Source: Lama guanicoe (lineage: Eukaryota). From it: 64,000 bases of DNA. Position numbers and translations under genes: made by a program. Below the pieces are notes generated by a model, which worked only from the letters and a program-made list of their open reading frames with translations, did not search any database and was not told the DNA's origin. Shown here one piece after another: positions 26,701 to 39,742 of the stretch (position 1 is the stretch's first letter; each line of letters opens with the position of its first letter). The stretch is from NCBI GenBank assembly GCA_013239625.1, contig MU053557.1:2076123-2140122 (forward strand). Direction: 5' to 3'.

Positions 26701-29449
26701 ACCGCTGTTTTGGGAGAACTTGTTGCTCCTGAATAAGGAAAATATGGATTGTGGCTGTGCCCAAATTGTTTGAGTATCAGGTTTTCTGGAGGCAGCTCTG
26801 CTCTGGGCCTTACCTGGCGCCTCTGGGTAGCAACTGCAGAGACCAGAAGTAGCTCCTCTGATTCTGACACTGAAACAGATCTTGCTGCTGCCGCCGCCAA
26901 CTCTTCATGAAAACCCTGTGAAGTGTACAGGGAGAAGTTATTTTTGTCCCCAGCCTACAGATCAAAAAGCTGAGACTCAGGATGCTTCAATGCCTTGATT
27001 AAGGTCACATAATTAGTTTGAGATGGAAGGGAGATGCCTGACTCTTCCTCCAGCGATAATTACCACCATTTACTGAGCACCTACTGTGTGCCAAGCCCTA
27101 AGCTGCACTATGCCACCCAGTCCTACCCAACCCTCTGAGGTCAGGTACTGCTAGTATTCCATTTTAGAGATTAGAATTGTGGTTCAGCAGTGAATCAACC
27201 TGTCCGAGGCAACAAGGACTAGAACCCACGACTCTTAGTCCACACCTTAATCTTAAATCACTAGGTCCCTCCTCTTCAATAGCAACTATAAACTCATGAT
27301 ATGATTGAGGTGGGAGAGGATGCACAGTGTGTGTGCTGAGATCACAGGCATGAGGATGGGGGTGGGGTGGGGTGGTTTAACTCAGAGGGTCAAGCCCCCC
27401 CCAGAGAATAAGTACAAGGGTCTTGTCATCCAAAAAGTTAGGGTGGGAAGGAAGGTCACTGAGAGTGTTCTATATAGAGAAATCCAAAAAGTAAATCTAC
27501 CCGAGCTGCAAGGGTGGCAAGACACAGCCAAGCAACTTAAAAAAGAACCGAAGCTTGCAGTGTGGTTCTGGACCATTGACATCAAAACACAATGATCATT
27601 CTGCATTCCCTAGATCTCTCCCTTTTCGTGAGTTTATTTCTGGGCTTGCCTGTCCTCACTCTAAAGGATACAGAGTCCCAGAAGAAGGGGGATATAATTT
27701 CCAAAATGACCCCCACTCTCATCTTCTCTGTGGGAGCAAGAGGGCTCCGAGAGCTGACCTCTTCCAGTGTTCCATGCTGGTATTTGTCCAAAGTTCAAAG
27801 ACAATTGCTTTTGGGAGAAAATTCACACCCACAGATGCAAGCTAATTATGCAAATAGAGTCACTGCTGAATGGACAAGAGCTGTAGCCTGGTAAGGACTA
27901 AAAGGATGCTAGCCAAGACCCAGAGAGAAAGGCAAAAGGTATTTGCAAGTCATTTTGTGCATCCTTGGTTAATGCTGTTAGAATCAGTGCTTGCGTGACT
28001 GACCAACTTGATGGCCATTTGCAGTGTCAGAGTTTGACTGCTGTAGATCACACGTGTTCTGGAAGGCCAGAGCCATTCTCATGTCTTTCACATGAAAACA
28101 AGACTCCATGGACCATCCAAGAGGATTGTGAGAACTACTTGCAGTCAGGAGCCTCTCACAAATAAGCAAAAGTAAGCTTGAATCAGAACGTAAGGAGGCA
28201 GCAAAAACACCTGAAGAACCAAGAGGAATTCAAAGAAATATAGCCTTGAAAGGGTTGCACCTGGATTCCTACCCCTTCCCCACTCAGTTCCTTGGAAGAT
28301 GGTTTACATCTCTATCTAGGAGAAAGCTGGAGGACCTCATTGAATGAGGAGGACATGTCAATCACAGCTGGAGAGAGATAGTGCCAGCTTCCGTGACAAA
28401 GAACAGGGCAGTCAGACAGCCAGAAGGGGCCATACTGTTTGGAAGGGAAGGCTAATTTTAGATATCGGAACAACATTTCCAGATATTCCATTCTGCACAT
28501 TGTATTTCTAAACTGGATTCTTTTTTAAGCTTACATTCTTTTTAGATGTTGGCAAGTTTGAAACCTTAGAACTTCTTCATCATGGAGACCTCCAGTAAAG
28601 ACTGGGTTTCAAAGCATTAGTCAACGAGGATTTGGGGATAGCTATTCTAGCTGTATTCCCAGTCCACTAGGACTTTACAGGATATGGAGAAACAATATTA
28701 TATAATAGCTAGGCTGATGGGTTTTCAAACCAAATTATCTGGGATTTTGTCCCAGCTTGTCATTTACTGGTTATGTTTCCTTTGGCAAACGATGAAAGCA
28801 TCTTGGAAAAGTTACAACACCACCTCCTTGAACCTGCTTTTCTCATCTGTCAAATGGGAATCAGAACCTCCACCTCATAGGATTCTCAGCAGAATTAAAC
28901 AAGATCATGCACGTGATCATACAACTCTGATCGTGGCACTGGGTACATCAAAGTGTTCGATATATGGTAGCTATTACCAATAAAGGGAAATGGAAACACA
29001 ATTCAAAAACAGAGGGCACAGAAAAGAGCTAGGCTCGATGGTACAGAGAGAAGCGAAAGAGGGGAGTGATGAAGGAGTGTGTCAGCTGTCAGGAAAGCTT
29101 CACTGAGATGAAACAGGCTCTGAAAGATGGCAGCATGAAGAAGTGTTGTTACATAGAGAGGAGTACCTGGGCTCTGGAATCTTCCATGTCCCTGGGCTCA
29201 AAGCCTGGCCCCACCACTTCTTGGCTGTTTGACCTTGGACCAAGTTAACTAACCTCTCTGAGACTTCCTTTACTCATCTAAAGAGTGAAAAATATAGGGA
29301 AGATTAAGTGAGACGGATAGGCTAGATGCTGGTGTGCAGAAGAGACCCGAAAAATGGTAGCTGTTGGAGGAGTTGGCAAGCATAACAAAGGCTTGAAAGC
29401 AGGTGGTCAGGACAAATGCTAAAATAAGAACAGAATTTTCTAGCTGCCA

Positions 29450-29880
29450 TTCATTACATGTGTACTAAGTGCCAGGTACTGAGCTAACCCCTTTGAAGGT
29501 CAGTTACAGGCTGGTTGGTTAAGAGCACAATGAGTCAGGTGACCTGGATTCAAATCCAGATGCTACAGTTCCTCCCTGTGTTACCATGGGGAAGTCCCTT
29601 CATCTTCCCAACCTTTAATCCCCTTGCCTGTAAAACGCAGGTTCTAATTGTGCTTCCTTGAGTGCTTTGGTGGGGATTAAGTGAGATCAGGGGCATGAAG
29701 TCGTTAGCACAGTGCCCAGCATGTAGAAGATGCTCTGTAACGTGAGCTGTCATTATTGTTTACATGCCTTTTCTCATTGAACCCTCACAACTTCCCATGA
29801 GTCGGGTATTATTGTCCCCTATTTATAGATCAAACAACTGAGGCTCCAAGGATAAATCACTTGTCTAAGGTCACAGAAAG
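29450..29880. mobile_element. Nested MIRs (a + copy at about 29510-29755 inside a - copy)
   Basis: ctggattcaaatcc...ggattaagtgagat...gcacagtgcc, flanked by the two halves of a reverse MIR (actaagtgccagg / actgaggctc...aaggtcacag). Confidence 0.65.
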
Positions 29881-30600
29881 AAGCTGGCTCTTTAAGACCA
29901 GAAATCTCAGCTGCTTTGTTCTCTTCACCTTTTAAATTAGCTTGTCAGTGGTGCCAATATGTGAGGCAACACGACAGTTATTTTTCAGTGCATCTTATGC
30001 CATAACCCTCATCAGTCTTTTGTCTTCTGGGGTTCCCTACTGCCTCCTGTCCTCATCTGTTGAAGGTTTGAGGTTGAGGGTCGTCTGTGACCCTGAATGC
30101 AGCCAGTGAGCACACTGGTGCCATCCCTCTGGGGACCAGCAGCTTCACAAGGTTGACAGAATTTATGAAATGTCCATTCTAATTTGCAAATAGGTCTGAC
30201 AGGGATGTGTTTCCAGCTGGCTGCTGATTTCAATAACAATCCCTTATCCTTGGTGCCAGTAAACAAAAATTACATGTCCCTGGCACACTTTGTAAGTCAG
30301 AAAATGCATGTGTTGATTAGTTAAACCCCTGCTGGACACGCCATTATGACCAAGGGGCTTCCAGCCAATGTCCTGGCTCTTACTCCATCTCCATTTAAAG
30401 CCTTAGAATGTTTTCTTCCTGGGTAGAAATCAATGTCACCTCATTCATTTATTCATTTGTTTTCATTCCACAAATATTGACTGAGCATCTACTGGGTGCA
30501 AGGTTTTGTTCCATCCAGTTGGGATACAGAGGTGAACAATGCAAGTAATGTTCCTGCCTTCATGAAGGGGAGTAAATGGTAAACAACTGAATACAAAGGA

Positions 30601-30688
30601 TTTTTTTTTTATGGAGGTACCTGGGATTGAACCCAGGACCTCATACATCCTAAGCACGCACTCCACCACTGAGATATACCCTCCCCAC
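30601..30688 (-). mobile_element. tRNA-derived SINE (Vic-1-like, short form) inserted in an L2 fragment
   Basis: Poly-T followed by gggattgaacccagg...ccactgag (reverse B and A boxes). Confidence 0.85.
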
Positions 30689-32509
30689 CAGAATCATTTC
30701 TATATGACAGAAGTTATGAAGGAAACAAAGAGATGGGACAGAGAATGGCTGCGGGGTATAAGCCACATTAGGCAAGGTGGCCAGGAAAGGTTTGGAAATA
30801 AACGTAGGCAATCTGATTCTATTGTATGCTGCTAACTGCTTGCCACCTCATTTAAGATGAGACACAAAAGCTTTCTTGCAGACATCAGGGTTTTCTACTT
30901 CAAACAGACCTGTCTTCTTAGTGCTCACTAAGCAAAGAATTATTACCTGCCTAATCCCAAACTCCCTGGCCTGTTGACAAAGGACTAATAAGGGCTGCTA
31001 CCCAGGACTGCACAAAGCCAGCCATAGGTGTGTTCGTACCGCCTATCACTGATGGACTGTTCAGATGTCTATTAAAATGTCAGTGGATCTTAAAGTTCTC
31101 TCTACATCATTTAGCACAACCTAGAAGGTCAGATTCATGTGGCAGCCAGCCTTCCTTCCCTCAGTACTTACTTCCTTATTACTTCCCTGCCCCTGCACTC
31201 ACTCTCAGAAATGCTACATCACAATAAATGTAGTTAGAGCTAACAAACCACCACTGCTCCCTTGGGATCCAGAAGCAGTAGTCGCAAATCACCTAGCCTC
31301 CAGTCTTGGAGGGATGTGCCTCCAGCTGCTGACCCCAGGCCAAAGCAGTCTCTTCTGGGCCCACTGTGATAGTAACAGGTTGACCCATCTCCAAAGGCAC
31401 GTGCCCAGCATCAGCACTGGCACCCATCCAGGCACAGGGAAGAGAAGCAGGGTGTGTCTAATCCAGGCACCCCCCCCCCTTATAAGGGCCAACAGTTGTG
31501 ACCAGCAGGCTGAAACGCCTGCCCACGTGTGAGGCTGTACCGTGGAGACAGCAAGTCCAAAGCCTGTGTAACTTACTGCAGTGATGGGACACAGAATGCG
31601 TCCTAGGAATCACAGACTTTGTGTTCATGCCATGCAGCCACCTGGAGCCTCTGATTTACTGTTGTGCTGAGTGGAACACGTCCTCAGGTAAGGCCTGCGT
31701 TGCACTGGCAGGCTCTGAGGGCGCAGAGAAGCTCAGTTTTGAGCCTAAATGTGACTGCCTGCTTGAAAGCTCCTGTTCCTTCACTATCCTCGGTCTCTGT
31801 AGCCACGAATCATAGTTCTGCCTTTGGAGAGTGGGGGCTTAGGTCAGACTCCCCAAACCAGTGTTCCCCATAAACTTGGCTTGCATGGTCCGACTGTCTC
31901 CCGCCGCTCCACAAAGACTATGGATGTGATCATCATTAAAGTTTCCCCAAAGAGAAAACTGGCCTGTTAAGTCAGCATGAGTCCTTGGATAGAAAGGAAA
32001 TCAGGCCCCAGATTGAAAAATTGGACAGAAGATGAACAATTCCCTTTCCTACTTATTTCCTGTTTTCTGGGTTTTCATGGGAGCTCACTTGTAGACAAAC
32101 TCTGAGCCTGGGCCTTTTAGCAAGCAAGTCTTCATAAGTATTATTGGACCAATTTCCCATCATCCTTTGAGCTTTCTCCTGTCCTCCATCACTGTGGTCA
32201 TTTGGGACTTCATTTGCACCCAGAAGGGCCAAGAGCCAAGCCCTGGCAGCAAAGTCGTGGGGAGCATCCAGCTCCTGTGATGCCCATCCAAACTGCCTGC
32301 TCTCACCTGGACAAGGGGTGGCCAGAAGTGTTGGCTGCCCTTCCCTCTGAGCATCCTCAGCCTCAGGAAGAGAAAAGGCGCTGGGGGCTGGGCAGGGAGG
32401 GGAGGACATTGGTGACATACGCAGGGATGACAGGGATGCAGGTTGAGTTTAGAAATCGAAATAAAACATTTGAGGCCTTGGAGAAATTCTGGGGCCTTGT
32501 GGATTTTAA

Positions 32510-33751
32510 CTTTATTTTTTAAATAATTTCAGACTTACAGAAGTGTTGCTAAAATAGTACAAGGAGTCCCTAAATACCCTTTAGAACTAGGATCCCTAGA
32601 TATTAACATTTTACTATGTTTGCTTTGATCCTCTTTCTTTCATATATTATATATTAATTAAATATTAAATTAAAATGTAATATAAATTATATATATAATT
32701 TTTCTGAACCATTTGAGAACAAACTAAAAATCAAATGCCTATTTTTCCCTAAATGTTTTTCCCTAAAAGTGTGTATTTCCTAAAAACAAGGATGTTGCAT
32801 AACAACAACACAGTTATCAAAATCAGGAAATTAACATTGATATAGTACTAATAACTAGCCCATAGATTTTATCTAATTGCTCTGCTAATTTTTTAATTTC
32901 TTTAAAAAAGTTTTTTTCTTTTTAAAATTCTTTTAAAGGAGGGAAGGTAATTTTAGGGGTTTTTTTTGTTTGTTTGCTTTTTTAAACAGAGGTATTGGGA
33001 ATTAAATGCAGGAACTTGTGCGAGCTAGGCAAGCACTCTACCACTGAGCTACACCCTCCCCTCTGCTCTGCTATGTTTTTAATTGTCCTACTCCTTTCCT
33101 TTATAGAGAAAATACACTTTAATGTATTGTCTAGGATCCCAACCGGGACCACATACTGCATTTGTTGTATCTCTTTATTTTCTTTTAATCTGTAACAGTT
33201 CCCCAGGATCCATTGATTTTGGCATTTCAAAGAACATAGACCATTTATTTAATAGAATGTCTCTCAATTAGGGTTTGTCTGATATATAAGAACATCAATA
33301 GATTCAGATTATCTACTTTTGGCAGTAATGGATGATGATCTCTACAAATAATCAAACAGGAATCCCCAAGTCTATACAAATTAATGAATTAATTAAACAG
33401 ATAAATGATGGTTCTAGAAGGTAAAGTTCTTCCTTAAACTTCCAACTACAAAGTGTAGAAGGAATGATGGAATTTTTAAAAATCACCCTTTGGTAACCAC
33501 TACAGTAATAACTAGTTCAGGCAAGAATCATCAACGGATATTAAAACCAGTGGGTGAAAGCTTGAAGAGGGTCGGTGCACACTTTAAAGGATACTTATTA
33601 GTCACCAAGGGGAAACAGCAACTTTATAGTGAAGAAACCTGGTAGACCACCACCTTAACCAAAAGACCAAAGTTAGCGTCACCAATAACGGGAAAATCGA
33701 TGGTCTGTACTTCCCCATGTGATGAACCGAGGACAGGACATCTCTTCTGTG
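32510..33751 (-). mobile_element. L1MC-type 3'UTR fragment with an inverted 5' portion
   Basis: 32510-33329 reads as an L1 3' end on -, and 33330-33751 reads as upstream L1 3'UTR on +; both resemble the + copy at about 61.3-61.9 kb. Confidence 0.7.
32900..33062 (-). mobile_element. tRNA-derived SINE (Vic-1-like), diverged, nested in an L1
   Basis: ctctaccactgagctacaccctccc head; flanking tgctctgcta repeat. Confidence 0.8.
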
Positions 33752-34455
33752 AAATGAAAAGACAGATTCCTGCCCCCAAAGACTTAAGAATTTTAAAGAA
33801 CTCTAGTTTTAACCAGGCTGCATTCATACAGCAGATTCTGAAGTCTTTTTCACCTTCACAGAACCTGCATTGGAAATCTTCCCAGGAGGAACTATCAACA
33901 ACCGGATGCTGAAGAGAACAAATCATCTGCTTGGATGGAAACTGCTCCGTGCAGAGTTACAGACCGTGTGCTATTCCTTGGACATCAGGGATGGCACAGG
34001 AATACCAATAGGCTGGCCTCCAAGACAGAGGGTAATAGGAGAAAAAGCCAATCTGTCTTCCCACAGTATCAGTGGGTGACGGGCCAGGACAGAAAAAGCA
34101 AATGAGTCACGTGCTGTTACAGGTTACACCAGACTCCCATCCCTCTTGTTATTTGGATCTGCTACCAAAGCCAAACTCTGTCTTGCCAATTTCTCACACC
34201 TTAGCACCTAACTGACAAGTGAAAGGACTGGACATCAAATGCCTTCCAGCGCTGTGTCTGGCCAGTCTCTCTAGCTCAGATTTAGAGCAGTGCAGGGGAT
34301 GGCATAATATTCTCCTCTCAGGTATTCAAGCCAGAGAGGCTAGTGCTTCTTCACCACGTCCCCAGGCTTCACCCCATCCCCTGACTCCACCACATACGCG
34401 TTCTTTTCCTTTCCAATTCTATTCTGTCTTTCTGCCCTGACACTTTCTGATCCAG

Positions 34456-37385
34456 AGGGTTTTTGTTAAAACACACCAATCAAGGAAATAAAGACTTAGT
34501 ACACAAAGAATCTCAGACCAGAAAAATGCATGATGTCTTAAGAGAGATGCCACAGAATGCAGAGCTTCCTGAGAGGCTATTTCAAGTCTAAAGATAAAAA
34601 AATTAGTTATAACCATACATACTTTCTTGTTCAGAAATAAGCCATTTTAAAGAAGACATTGGAAGATAGTCTACCTTCGGTTTTTAAAAGACTATAATTT
34701 AAAATGTAAATTTTAAATTGTGCTAACCTGAGAGAAATACTACACAGATAAATGAAATGCACAAATACTCTAAGACTGAGCCATATGTTTTCATCTTCTC
34801 CCCCATTTTAAGACATCAATAAGAATTTCATTTCTAAAAGCACATGCTTCCCTGATTATCAGACAATAACAAGAATGCAGCATGATTTGGATATGTTAGT
34901 GGTTTTAAAGTTCATGATCAGAATTTTGCATTGAAGCATCCTCAGTCTTTCATCCAGTCCTGCCGGTAAACAGGAGCAAGCATCAGCCAAACTATTAGTC
35001 AAATAAGGATTGTATTTTGTGGTTACAGAAATGTTTTCTTCTGTATGATGCTGTCACATTCAGGGCTCAAACTGCACTCATCTCTTAATGGGATGAATAA
35101 CTAAGACGTCTTAATCATGCCTTTCTTGCGGTTAACCTCAGGGGAAGGTGATAATAAGCAAAGAAGTCCTGCAGTATTGGCTTTATCTGCCAAGAGGTGA
35201 GTGAGAAGGCAAGAGGTATCAGGAGACCACAGAAGGGATAACGTAGTGATGACATCTCCTTCTCACACAGGGTCAGTGATGGTGCTGCCAACAGTCTGTC
35301 CTCCCTTTTCCCCTAACTACTGTGACTGTGTTGGTTCCATTTCCTCTGGGAGGAATTTGGGTTTGGTTGGCTCCTCTTTAGCCTCAGCAGCAATGAATGT
35401 GTAGAGATGCTGCCTTTAGATTCTGGAATGTACTTGTTATGACCAGGAGGCCTTATAGCCCAGCTATAAATAGATTTCAATGACTTCACTTTCCAGGGTA
35501 AAGTCATGGAAGGTTAGAGGTGGAAGGACTTTTAGTTTTATATATGATATATGGAAAGGTTATATACAGATAAGCCATCCACACAAAAGCAAGTAGTGTA
35601 AATTGGACAGGGTCGAGTGTGGGGGGCAACGCAACTTCTAATCCCCAGAAACCGTGAGATCACATTGGCTAATTATAGCCTTGTCTTCAAGGCCCTCTCG
35701 CCTAGATATTCTTCTTCTGAGATTGGCTTCCCCCTCTGACATTCAGAACAGCAGGAAACCACCACTCCTCATTTTGATACTTGCTGTTTTTCACATCTCT
35801 GGGCACTTTCCATGGCTCATAGTTTCATAGAGGGTTTCATGAAGATTTTAGCTTTTCCTTGGAAACTGCTTAGCCAAAGAGCCAAATATTTTTCCTAAAG
35901 CACAAAATGAAGAATCTGATGTTTCCAGCCGAACTGAGAAGCTTAAGAAAAGCTTCCCCAATTTCCTAAAGTTTTCATCTTTGGACTGTCAGCTCCAACA
36001 TTTAGATTCCAAATTGTCCTGGGTCACAAAGGGATGCAGGTGGTGGGGAGGCAGAGGAGGACGAATTAGAATGATTCAGCCCAGAAATGACCCTGAGAAT
36101 AGTTTGCTAACCATGAAGTTTGAGTTTCATTTTCTGAAACTGTTACTTCTTATTACTACATGTTGGGTCAAGGGAGAGGGTGTTATTTAGGGGAAAGGAG
36201 GAAAGGGAGAAAAATGCACTCTTTCATGGAAATATAGGCAACAAACCTGTGGACTCTTGTGTCTCTGGTGTTTTTTTAAACAGTTTTTAATAGACCAAAA
36301 GAGAATCTTTATGAGATATGTATGTGAATAATGTTTATTAAAAGGGTGTAACATATTATTCATTAGGGACTATTGTATAAATAAACTTTAGAGGTATAAA
36401 ATATAGAAACATATAGAAATTATTTTCTGGGACAGTGGACACTTAAGGACTTCCAAACTTTTCATATCTTTGTTCCAAAAAAGTAGTACCAGGGCTGGCA
36501 GCTTATTTCGTTAGTATCTTGCACTGTAAAGCCACGAAGTGTGGTGGGGTTTCATTTGTTTGTCTTCTGGTTTTGTAATTTATAACAATCTTTATAATAG
36601 ATTACTTTGAAATGTTTATTGCATGTGTGTTGGTGTTGTGTACCCATCCAGAGTCATCAGAGATCTATCTGTTCCACACTTTGCATCTTAGAAAACCAAA
36701 GGGAATTTTCTAGCAAGAAGAAAAACACACAGAACAGCCTCGCTGTTGGCTAACTCTCAGATTTGTTCCGCCAACAGCATCTTGTTAAGTCTGAGGAAGC
36801 GGGAAGCTGAGTATCAGAGCTGTCATCTCTCACCTAAACATTTGATGTCGGATAACTTTTCTCTGGGGAAGGAAACACCTGTCTTTGTGAAGTCCTTTCT
36901 TCATGGACTTGACAAGTTCTAGAGGAAACTGGAAGTCAGGGCCCGTAGCCTCCCTGCTCTAGGACCACTCTCCACCATCGGTTTTCAAAGCACTACCACG
37001 TGTCATTTCTGTTTTATGTTCCATGATTCAGTGGCAGACTCAGTGCTTTTAGGACCCAGAGTTTTACTTGTTTGGGTTTGGGGCTCTAATGAGGTGTTAA
37101 GTTTGCTCTGCTGCCCAGACTGATCAGAAGCTGCAAAGGGCAAAAAGGGGCTCCCTTGCTAGAGAGGTTCATTCGCACCTCTGATCGCAGCCGAGAAAAG
37201 CACCGGGCCTGTAACTGGTGTGGGAAGTACCTCTGCTCTGCGCGCAGGGAGGGGTCATCGTGTGAGAGCGGACAGGTCATCCAAGACCCCTTTGCCAAAA
37301 ATCCGTGTTGTTCCCAGGTGACAGCTTGTGAAGCGTGGTATGTGTTTTCTCATGAAACAATAAAACCGGTTATTCTGACTTCATA
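34456..37385 (+). other. SH3RF2: Candidate distal non-coding 3' terminal exon of SH3RF2
   Basis: Long polypyrimidine tract with a ctgac branch-like site and tccag| acceptor at 34455; repeat-poor AU-rich body; AATAAA at 36380-36385 and 37359-37364. Inferred, no transcript evidence. Confidence 0.45.
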
Positions 37386-37719
37386 GACTCGTCCCTCAGG
37401 CCTGGTTTTTTCAGTAGGTGGCTGGAGAAGGGACTACTTTATCATGTGTTCAGCGTCAGCACTGAGCATGTTATTGCTCCCAAAGGGCTTTGGTTCCTGG
37501 CAGCTTCCCTGGACATCCAGAAAGAAGGGTTGGGAGGAGAGGGGTCACTTTGTCACACAGAAACTGCTTTGTTTTGGTGGGGAGAGCTGGAAGCAGGAGT
37601 GAGTGACATCTCTCCATGCTTACTAGGCGGAGTTCACCTCCCTGGAGCAAACTCCTGTTTGTACCACCATGAAGGCCCAAAAAGGCCTCAGCCACAAGCT
37701 GCTTCTGCTTGCTTAGTGC

Positions 37720-37930
37720 AGAGGCCAGGGGCACAGCCTCAAGAGCCTGACTGCTTATCACTTACCAGCTCTGTGGCCTTGGGCGAGTCACCTAACCTCT
37801 CTGTGGCTCAGGTTCTTATCTGGAAAATGGAGCTATAATAGCACCTTCTTGAGGAATGTTAAGGATTAAATATCTTAAAACATGTAGAGTGCTTTGAACA
37901 GAGCCTGGCACACACAGGTGCTCAACATAA
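37720..37930 (+). mobile_element. MIR SINE
   Basis: ccttgggcgagtcacctaacctctctgtggctcag...aaaatgg. Confidence 0.75.
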
Positions 37931-38001
37931 TTCATGTTTTACCACCTTCCCAAGGTTCACCATATCCACCAACCATGTATATGATTATTTACCTAATGTT
38001 C

Positions 38002-38266
38002 TTTTTTTTTTTTTTTGGAGGAGGAGATACTTAGGTTTCTTTCTTTCTTTCTTTTTTTTAACAGAGGTACTGGGGGTTGAACCCAGGACCCCGTGCATGC
38101 TAAGCATGCTCTCTACCACTGAGCTGTACCCTCCCCATTTTTTTTGGAGGAGGAGATACTTAGGTTTCTTTCTTTCTTTCTTTTTTTTAACAGAGGTACT
38201 GGGGGTTGAACCCAGGACCCCGTGCATGCTAAGCATGCTCTCTACCACTGAGCTGTACCCTCCCCA
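38002..38266 (-). mobile_element. Two head-to-tail identical copies of a Vic-1-like SINE (129-nt period)
   Basis: 38009-38137 is repeated exactly at 38138-38266. Confidence 0.9.
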
Positions 38267-38661
38267 CTCCATCCTTATTTTAATCAACCCAGTTTTAATC
38301 TAAAACTTGATTGAAAAGAAAGCTTTATATCCCAACTGTAGATGGAAAATTATATAACTTGCTATGAATATAATTTAGCAGTAAATGGTAATAATAGCTC
38401 ATATTTACGAAGTCCGCACTCCTTTCCAGGCACTGTGCTAAGTGTCTTGACTGGTTAGGATCCTCACAGCCCTCTAAGGTCGGTACTGTCATTTTACAAA
38501 GGAAGAAATTGAGGCACAGCAAGATGAGCAGATCTGCCCCTAGCACTACAATCAGTAAACGAAGGAGGCACTTTGTCTTCAGACCCCAGGTGCCTCAGCA
38601 CTGCTCTGTGCCGCTACCCTATAAAAAACAAGAGTATTCTAACCACACAGTAGATGCTTGG

Positions 38662-39200
38662 TGAATTAGCTTCCTAAGGCTGCTGTAACAAATGACCACA
38701 CACTGGGTGGCTTAAGCCAACAGAAGCCAACACAACTTTGTAAATCAACTATACTTCAGTTAAAAACAAAAAACAAAACAAAACAGAAAAACCAGAAACT
38801 TACTCTCTCACAGTTCTGAAGGCTGGAAGTCCAGAAGATGTTGGCAGGGCCACGCTCTCTCTGGGTCCTCTAGGGGAGGATATCCCCCCACCGCTTCCAG
38901 CTCCTGGTACCCAAGGCATTTCTTGGCTTGTGGCAGCATCACTCCAATCTCTGTCTCCATCTTCACACGGCTGTCTTCCCTCTGTGTGTCTCTTCCTCTG
39001 TGTCTCATCTCTTTTTCTTGTAAGGACAGCAGTCATACCAGATCAGGGCCCACCTAATGACCTCAACTTAATTACATCTGTAAGACCCTATTTCCACCCT
39101 ATTTTCAGATAAGGTCACATTGACAGATACCAGGAGTTAGGATTTCAGCATCTTTTTGGTAGGAAGGGGGAGGGAGGGGACAAAATTCAACCTGTTAACA
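38662..39200 (-). mobile_element. MLT1 (ERVL-MaLR) solo LTR interrupted by a short L1 tail at about 38727-38790
   Basis: ttagcttcctaaggctgctgtaacaaatgaccaca, tcacagttctgaaggctggaagtcc, aagaccctatttcc, taaggtcacatt. Confidence 0.85.
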
Positions 39201-39651
39201 GTTGCCTTCCGAAGGCTTTGAGTCCAGGGCTGAAGATTTGCAAGCACTAGAGAGCTGTTCAAGATCAACAACCACCTGAGACTTTCTCCTTTACGCAGTC
39301 AGGGCTGAAGGAGTCAGGACAACACTTCTGTAGTGCAGTGACACTTAGTGCCCAGTCCAGGTGCTAAATAAAATTAACCACCTCCTGCCCCATCACTGGT
39401 ACTTTGGGAAAAGAAGCTTAGCATAAGAAAGCCATATAGCAATTCTTCCAGCTTCCCAGATACGCCTCATGAAAGGGGGAAGATGGGGGGAAATGCAACA
39501 TTCCAAAACCCCAGGCAGGGTGGTGGAGGGCACAAAACTCATAATCGGCCTATTGTGGCTGGGCTGGGATGGCAAGTTGTGACAAATAACAGAGTTTTCC
39601 TTGGGGATATGTACAAAGAAAGGGCACCAGTGAATACAGCAGGGGAAATCA

Positions 39652-39657
39652 TTTATT
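39652..39657 (-). terminator. PLAC8L1: Probable PLAC8L1 polyadenylation signal (AATAAA)
   Basis: tttatt on + equals AATAAA on -, about 85 nt after the stop codon. Confidence 0.6.
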
Positions 39658-39742
39658 TTCAGATTATTTCAGTGAGATTATGAAGAACAATCTCTCTACT
39701 AAGAGACGTTTGAGAGGAGTGAGGACGAGTTTTCTTACCCTG

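Noticed and set aside
37985..38303. ORFs containing repeated peptides
   Set aside because: They are translations of the duplicated SINE.
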